DNA from: Spirochaetes bacterium GWF1_51_8
Lineage (GTDB): Bacteria; Spirochaetota; Brevinematia; Brevinematales; GWF1-51-8
Reading direction: 5' to 3'
NCBI GenBank assembly: GCA_001829415.1
Contig: MIBE01000006.1
Location: 52,300-116,299, forward strand
DNA: 64,000 nt
Made by a program: the position numbers and the translations under genes. Below the pieces are notes generated by a model that was not told the origin of the DNA, ran no database searches, and worked only from the letters and a program-made list of their open reading frames with translations. This document shows positions 60,300 through 64,000 of the stretch, piece after piece. The first letter of the stretch is position 1. Each line of letters begins with the position of its first letter.

Positions 60300-60656
60300 G
60301 GGACTGCGTACCCTAGTGCCGGTACAAAATTGCTGCCGGAATAGAGACTTCACCCGGAAAGAAAGGGAAATAAAAAACGAGGGACACCCACGGATGGGTG
60401 GAGTGCAGAGCGCCGCACCTTCCGCCCGCCTTCCATCTCCGAAGAAAGGCATGTCTGCTTCTGCCCGTCTTCCGTTGTTAGACGGACAGGCGAAGCAGAA
60501 TGCAGGTGGACAGGCCGATGGCATCGGCGGACAGGATGGCAGGATGCCGAAGACTGACGGCTAAACCCGGTACAAAGCAGAGTAACAGTATCGGGATATG
60601 ACCCGGGACGGATGCGGGGATAAAAAAGAGTTCAGGCATAGCAATAGAATAGGATG

Positions 60657-60687
60657 AAAAAGCGCGGACATTTTTCGATGCCCGCGC
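60657..60687 (-). terminator. rho-independent terminator after 60696..61301
   Basis: GCGCGGACAT (60662-60671) / ATGCCCGCGC (60678-60687), one G-U. On the minus strand it is followed by UUUUU (A-run 60657-60661). Confidence 0.8.
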
Positions 60688-60695
60688 CGGATTGT

Positions 60696-61301
60696 TTAAA
60701 GGTCGTCGCTTTTCTGGGGAACTTTCGAAAGGCCGATTACGAGGCTGGAAAACTCTTTCACTTTCCAGATACCCTTGTCGTTCTTTATCAAGGTCACGGG
60801 ACGGGGCATGTTTCCGCCCGATGTCGGGATAAATACCTTGACCGTGGTCTCGTTGATCACGCTGTATTTATTGGTGCTGAAATAGAGCGTGTAGGGGGCG
60901 GACGGCAGCGCGTAACTGTCGTCGACGGATGTCCCGTCGATATACGAGTTCGGGACATAGGGATACTTTGCCAGCTGGGTCATGAGATAAACAACGCTTC
61001 CATTGGGAGACTTGCCGCCGAAACCCTTAGCATCGTCTTTCAGCATCGAGCCGTCGTTGACAAGGATCGCCGTCATGCACTTGAGGCCGAGACTCTCGTC
61101 CTTGACATAGTTCAAGAGCGCGATCACCAGCATCGCCGCCCCGCCTGTCGGGGTTAACGCGATCTCATCGCGCATTTTCACAAATTCCTCGATAGTGGAC
61201 GGTAACCCGTCAATTGTCACCTTCATGGGGATCTGTATCGCTGGGAACGCCAGCCCGATAGTCAATGCCACAACTGCCGCGGCTAAAATCACTTTTTTCA
61301 T
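60696..61301 (-). CDS. secreted protein of unknown function
   Basis: AGGAGG SD, signal peptide MKKVILAAAVVALTIGLAFPA. The conserved-looking C-terminus SGGNMPRPVTLIKNDKGIWKVKEFSSLV recalls an uncharacterised DUF family I cannot name with certainty. Confidence 0.8.
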   Translation of the reverse strand: MKKVILAAAVVALTIGLAFPAIQIPMKVTIDGLPSTIEEFVKMRDEIALTPTGGAAMLVIALLNYVKDESLGLKCMTAILVNDGSMLKDDAKGFGGKSPNGSVVYLMTQLAKYPYVPNSYIDGTSVDDSYALPSAPYTLYFSTNKYSVINETTVKVFIPTSGGNMPRPVTLIKNDKGIWKVKEFSSLVIGLSKVPQKSDDL

Positions 61302-61433
61302 ATCGGCCTCCTAAATTCATACATCGCATATCTGAATATTATAATATATCATGTACTTGGAATTATTACAAGTTCCCGCTCATAAAGTAACGTTTTTCGG
61401 CGGATGAATTGTTTTATCTGTAAGGAGAAATAG

Positions 61434-61622
61434 ATGCTGAGGAAAGCATACACCGTAGTCAGGATCATTTTAGGCTTGCCCTTCGCGGTAAGCGCATGGG
61501 ACGGAGGCGGGGTCGCGGTGAGCATTCCGTCCACCGCCGAAGTATCTATATGCGGCAGTGTAAGTCTTATCGAAACGATGACGGTTAACATCAATAACAA
61601 CACACCCATCTCGCTTCCATAA
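61434..61622 (+). CDS. possible small secreted peptide (62 aa)
   Basis: AAGGAGAA 4-5 nt before the ATG. N-terminal signal-like MLRKAYTVVRIILGLPFAVSA, followed directly by the bidirectional terminator. No homology recognised and codon bias is weak. Confidence 0.3.
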   Translation: MLRKAYTVVRIILGLPFAVSAWDGGGVAVSIPSTAEVSICGSVSLIETMTVNINNNTPISLP

Positions 61623-61656
61623 AAAAAAGGGGCTGCCTTTTGGGACAGCCCCTTTT
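61621..61656. terminator. bidirectional rho-independent terminator (mainly for lipoprotein gene 61676..62005)
   Basis: GGGGCTG (61629-61635) / CAGCCCC (61646-61652) flanked by an A-run (61621-61628) and a T-run (61653-61656). Confidence 0.85.
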
Positions 61657-61675
61657 GATTCAAGAAGACGCTTAA

Positions 61676-62005
61676 TTACATTCCGAGACCGGAATCTTTA
61701 AGTCCCTGTTCGATTCTTTCTTTTTCAGCATCGAAAGCCTTCTTCTCAGCGTCGGACAAAGTGGGATAGATCGCATCGAGTTCAGCGCCGAGCTTTTCGA
61801 GTTCGACACCGACAGTTTCGATACGTGAAGCGGCGTTAGTATCGCCGGTGAACGCCTTCATGACCAATTCGAGCATTTCGGTGGTCAAGGATTCAACTTT
61901 GGCCATTTTGGCCTTCCAGTCTCCGCCGGTAGCGGTGTTTCCGCAGCTTACGACAACAGACATACCCATAGCAAGAACAACGGCGGCGATTAAAAGTTTC
62001 CGCAT
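61676..62005 (-). CDS. small helical lipoprotein, paralogue 1 of 6
   Basis: ATG 62005 after GGAGGA, lipobox VVVSC. GGDWKAKM...GDTNAASRIETVGVELEKLGAELDAIYPTLSDAEKKAF. Confidence 0.85.
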   Translation of the reverse strand: MRKLLIAAVVLAMGMSVVVSCGNTATGGDWKAKMAKVESLTTEMLELVMKAFTGDTNAASRIETVGVELEKLGAELDAIYPTLSDAEKKAFDAEKERIEQGLKDSGLGM

Positions 62006-62122
62006 AACATCCTCCAAACGATATTTTTCGGATTTTCCGATTCCCATAATATAAAAGGCGGTGCCTATTTTGTCAAAATATCTCGGGGATTCGGGCGGAA
62101 ATTCCGGCTTATCAACCGAAAA

Positions 62123-62464
62123 TCACTTCTGTTTCATATACCGGTCGAAATTGTTCGTAAAGAACCAGATTTCATTACTCACCAGTTCCCGCTGGGTCAG
62201 GTTGTATAACGCCTGCTGATCCGGCGGAAGCGTCTGGTAGATCGTGTTGAGTTCCCCGCCCAGCTTCTCCATTTCGGCGTTGATTTTGTTCATCTCCGCG
62301 ATCATGTTCGTGTCGCCCATCCGGAGAGCCTCGTACTTGACCTTCGCCTGCGCGATCAATTCGGACGCCCGCGCGAACTTGGCTTTCCATTCCGGGGCGG
62401 TATTGTTCCCGCATCCCGCCGCCGACAGTCCGGCGATCATCAAGACGGCAATCAATTTCTTCAT
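62123..62464 (-). CDS. small helical lipoprotein, paralogue 2 of 6
   Basis: Lipobox SAAGC. APEWKAKF...GDTNMIAEMNKINAEMEKLGGELNTIYQTLPPDQQ. Confidence 0.85.
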   Translation of the reverse strand: MKKLIAVLMIAGLSAAGCGNNTAPEWKAKFARASELIAQAKVKYEALRMGDTNMIAEMNKINAEMEKLGGELNTIYQTLPPDQQALYNLTQRELVSNEIWFFTNNFDRYMKQK

Positions 62465-62485
62465 AGTTTCTCCATCATTCTCGGC

Positions 62486-62824
62486 TTACTCGACGGTCAG
62501 CGCGTCGATCAGCTCGTCGTTCGTCAGATCCATCGCCTCCTGAAGCATGTTCATCGACGCCTGTTCGACCTTCTTCTGCTCTTCGGGCGGAAGTTTCGCG
62601 TAGACCTCGTCCAGCTCGGTCTGCACCTTAACAAGTTCGGCGTCGATCGCCTCGATCCGCTTGACCGCGTTCGTGTCGCCCTTCTTCAGCTCCATCATCT
62701 CGGCCTTCATCTGTTTTGTCAACTGGGCGATCTTCTCGATCTTCGGCTTCCAGTCCGGCAACGGGGCCTGCGCGCATGCAACAGCCAAACCAATCGCCGC
62801 CAATCCTATCAAAATCGCTTTCAT
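62486..62824 (-). CDS. small helical lipoprotein, paralogue 3 of 6
   Basis: Lipobox LAVAC. LPDWKPKI...GDTNAVKRIEAIDAELVKVQTELDEVYAKLPPEEQKK. Confidence 0.85.
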   Translation of the reverse strand: MKAILIGLAAIGLAVACAQAPLPDWKPKIEKIAQLTKQMKAEMMELKKGDTNAVKRIEAIDAELVKVQTELDEVYAKLPPEEQKKVEQASMNMLQEAMDLTNDELIDALTVE

Positions 62825-62841
62825 ATATCCTCCAGTGCTTT

Positions 62842-63225
62842 TTATTCGCCGTAGCTCATTTCGGGGATTTCGGCAATCGACATAATTTTATCGTACCTTT
62901 CCTTGAACTGAGCCTTCGATTCTTCCGAAAGCTGAGGCGCGATATACCCGAGTTCCATTTCCATCCCGCGAAGCTCGGATTCCATCTGGCCGCATTTCGC
63001 CTTGGCGTCCTCGTCGCCGGATTCCGCCGCCTGTTTTGTCGCGGCATAATCCTTCATCAGCGCTTCCATCTTATCCAGGCGCCCCTTCCAGTCCGGCTCG
63101 TCCGACGCGGACGCCGCCGCGGAGTTCGTGACCGGCTTCCCGCCGGAGTTCCCGCAGCCCGCGAACATGACGGTACACACCGCGGTCAATCCCAAGAGCG
63201 CTATTCCTTTCCACACAATTTTCAT
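62842..63225 (-). CDS. small helical lipoprotein, paralogue 4 of 6
   Basis: ATG 63225 after GGAGGAG (MKIVWKGIALLGLTAVCTVMFAGC). EPDWKGRL...GDEDAKAKCGQMESELRGMEMELGYIAPQLSEESK. The 48 extra codons in the track run into repeat copy B. Confidence 0.8.
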   Translation of the reverse strand: MKIVWKGIALLGLTAVCTVMFAGCGNSGGKPVTNSAAASASDEPDWKGRLDKMEALMKDYAATKQAAESGDEDAKAKCGQMESELRGMEMELGYIAPQLSEESKAQFKERYDKIMSIAEIPEMSYGE

Positions 63226-63251
63226 AACTCCTCCTTCACGTGATATGAGAA

Positions 63252-63380
63252 ATATGGTCACCCCTAATACCCGCCGATTCTCGGCGGCGAGGAAGTGACC
63301 ATTGGGCATCTTCAAAAGATATATCATTATTAATGTTAAAAATAGTAACTGTTTTATAGAACAGCCCATATTTTAACACA
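63252..63380 (+). repeat. structured intergenic repeat, copy B (plus orientation)
   Basis: ATGGTCACCCCTAATACCCGCCGATTCTCGGCGGCGAGGAAGTGACCATTGGGCA + AT-rich tail alignable with copy A for ~75 further nt. Outer arms 63254-63261/63295-63302, inner 63271-63277/63281-63287. Confidence 0.7.
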
Positions 63381-63418
63381 TGTCCGGGAATTGTCAATCG
63401 CCGGCGGGAATTCCGCGT

Positions 63419-63443
63419 AAAAAAAGCCCCGTTCGCGCGGGGC
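63419..63443 (-). terminator. rho-independent terminator after 63480..63788
   Basis: GCCCCG (63426-63431) / CGGGGC (63438-63443). On the minus strand it is followed by seven U (A-run 63419-63425). Confidence 0.85.
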
Positions 63444-63479
63444 TTCCTATTCGATCATAATCTACTGTCATTAAGAAAT

Positions 63480-63788
63480 CTACATCGAGTCGATCATCTT
63501 CTCGACCGCGTCTTTGCGTGCGTCGAACTCCTTCTTGTCCGCCTCGGACAGCGAGGGATACATCTTATCGAGCTCTTCGCCGTACTTCTCGATCTCGGTT
63601 TCCAACGCCTCGATCCGCTTCTCGTCGACGGCTTCGCCAGCGAGGTACTTCACGAGCAGTGTCTGCATCTCAGCCGCCAATGTTTCGACCTTAGTCATTT
63701 TCCCCTTCCAGTCGCCGCCGCCCGCGCATGACGAGAGAAGCCCCGCCGCGATGATGAGCGCCGCGAACACCGCGAAAAATCTTTTCAT
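63480..63788 (-). CDS. small helical lipoprotein, paralogue 5 of 6
   Basis: Lipobox LLSSC. GGDWKGKM...EAVDEKRIEALETEIEKYGEELDKMYPSLSEADKKEF. Confidence 0.85.
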   Translation of the reverse strand: MKRFFAVFAALIIAAGLLSSCAGGGDWKGKMTKVETLAAEMQTLLVKYLAGEAVDEKRIEALETEIEKYGEELDKMYPSLSEADKKEFDARKDAVEKMIDSM

Positions 63789-63875
63789 TTCGACCTCCGT
63801 AAAAGTGTTTCGTTTATCGAAATACGCCCCGTACGGGGCTGCCTATTCGATTTTAAACTAATGTCATTGAGAAAT

Positions 63876-64000
63876 CTACATCAAGTCGATCAGTTTCTCG
63901 GCCGCGTCCATACGGGTCTCGAGCTCTTTCTTGTCCGCATCGGAAAGGGTAGGATAGATGTCTTTCAGTTCTTCACTGAGCTTGGTGATTTCGGCTTCGA
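63876..64000 (-). CDS. small helical lipoprotein, paralogue 6 of 6, C-terminal part only (runs off right edge)
   Basis: Not in the track. My translation of the minus strand gives ...EAEITKLSEELKDIYPTLSDADKKELETRMDAAEKLIDLM-stop (TAG at 63876-63878). The coding end and 3' flank are near-duplicates of those of paralogue 5. Confidence 0.6.
   Translation of the reverse strand, partial: EAEITKLSEELKDIYPTLSDADKKELETRMDAAEKLIDLM

Noticed and set aside
60484-60535. Regularly spaced GGACAGG repeats as a possible degenerate CRISPR or tandem repeat array
   Set aside because: The repeats are only 7 nt with 14-17 nt between them and number just three. No cas genes are present. A protein-binding or RNA-structure explanation fits better.
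60255-60564. 89-aa (minus) and 95-aa (plus) ORFs in the spacer upstream of the KS operon
   Set aside because: They overlap each other, are G/A/R/P low complexity, have no SD, and one would start inside the promoter. The region is treated as non-coding structured DNA/RNA instead.
61349-61663. 104-aa minus-strand ORF between 60696-61301 and the lipoprotein array
   Set aside because: Its start lies just past the terminator hairpin of the upstream gene (61629-61652), so it would need its own promoter. It has no SD and overlaps the better-supported (still weak) plus-strand small ORF.
63226-63369. 48-codon upstream extension of lipoprotein paralogue 4
   Set aside because: It reads through repeat copy B. 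ATG 63225 has a GGAGGAG SD and begins the signal peptide shared with the other paralogues.

Overview
64-kb chromosomal window of a GC-rich bacterium (strong GC3 bias, AGGAGG-type Shine-Dalgarno sites). It is diderm and flagellated: FlgI P-ring protein, many lipoboxes, a PorV/FadL-like barrel and a type-IX-like C-terminal sorting domain. The lineage cannot be fixed from sequence alone. I support 64 protein-coding calls (2 partial, a few low confidence, about three quarters on the minus strand), several intrinsic terminators, two sigma70-like promoters and a 3-copy structured intergenic repeat. No rRNA, tRNA, CRISPR array, transposase, integrase or reverse transcriptase was recognised. Layout: 0.4-2.2 kb small housekeeping genes (HAD, PH-like membrane protein, HIT). 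2.2-7.1 kb five adjacent secreted/lipoprotein genes built from nine copies of one ~145-aa acidic module. 7.4-20.9 kb a co-directional cell-surface locus (2-TM envelope protein, PorV/FadL-like barrel, CTD-bearing cargo, discoidin/FN3/DUF11 proteins, 1788-aa lamin-tail-domain giant). 21.1-25.6 kb malic enzyme-PNP-DUF503 and flgA-flgI. 25.8-36.2 kb envelope/signalling genes (pseudo-cyclase membrane protein, BatB-like vWA-TPR, ABC-F ATPase, HAMP adenylate cyclase operon, orphan sugar-ABC permease). 36.6-41.7 kb mixed small genes with AT-rich islets. 41.9-47.6 kb thrC, purH, MntA/HepT, fabF-like KS, Sfp-type PPTase. 47.7-51.0 kb Ca-loop repeat lipoprotein, bacterioferritin, PIN toxin pair. 51.1-60.3 kb holds the most unusual feature: a type II FAS/PKS-like operon joining an HMG-synthase beta-branching cassette to an ACP-linked alpha-oxoamine synthase, itself interrupted by an AT-rich two-gene cassette of unknown function. 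60.7-64.0 kb a secreted protein plus a tandem array of six small helical lipoprotein paralogues. All functional calls come from motif recognition by eye on the supplied translations; no database search, HMM, fold prediction or GC computation was run.
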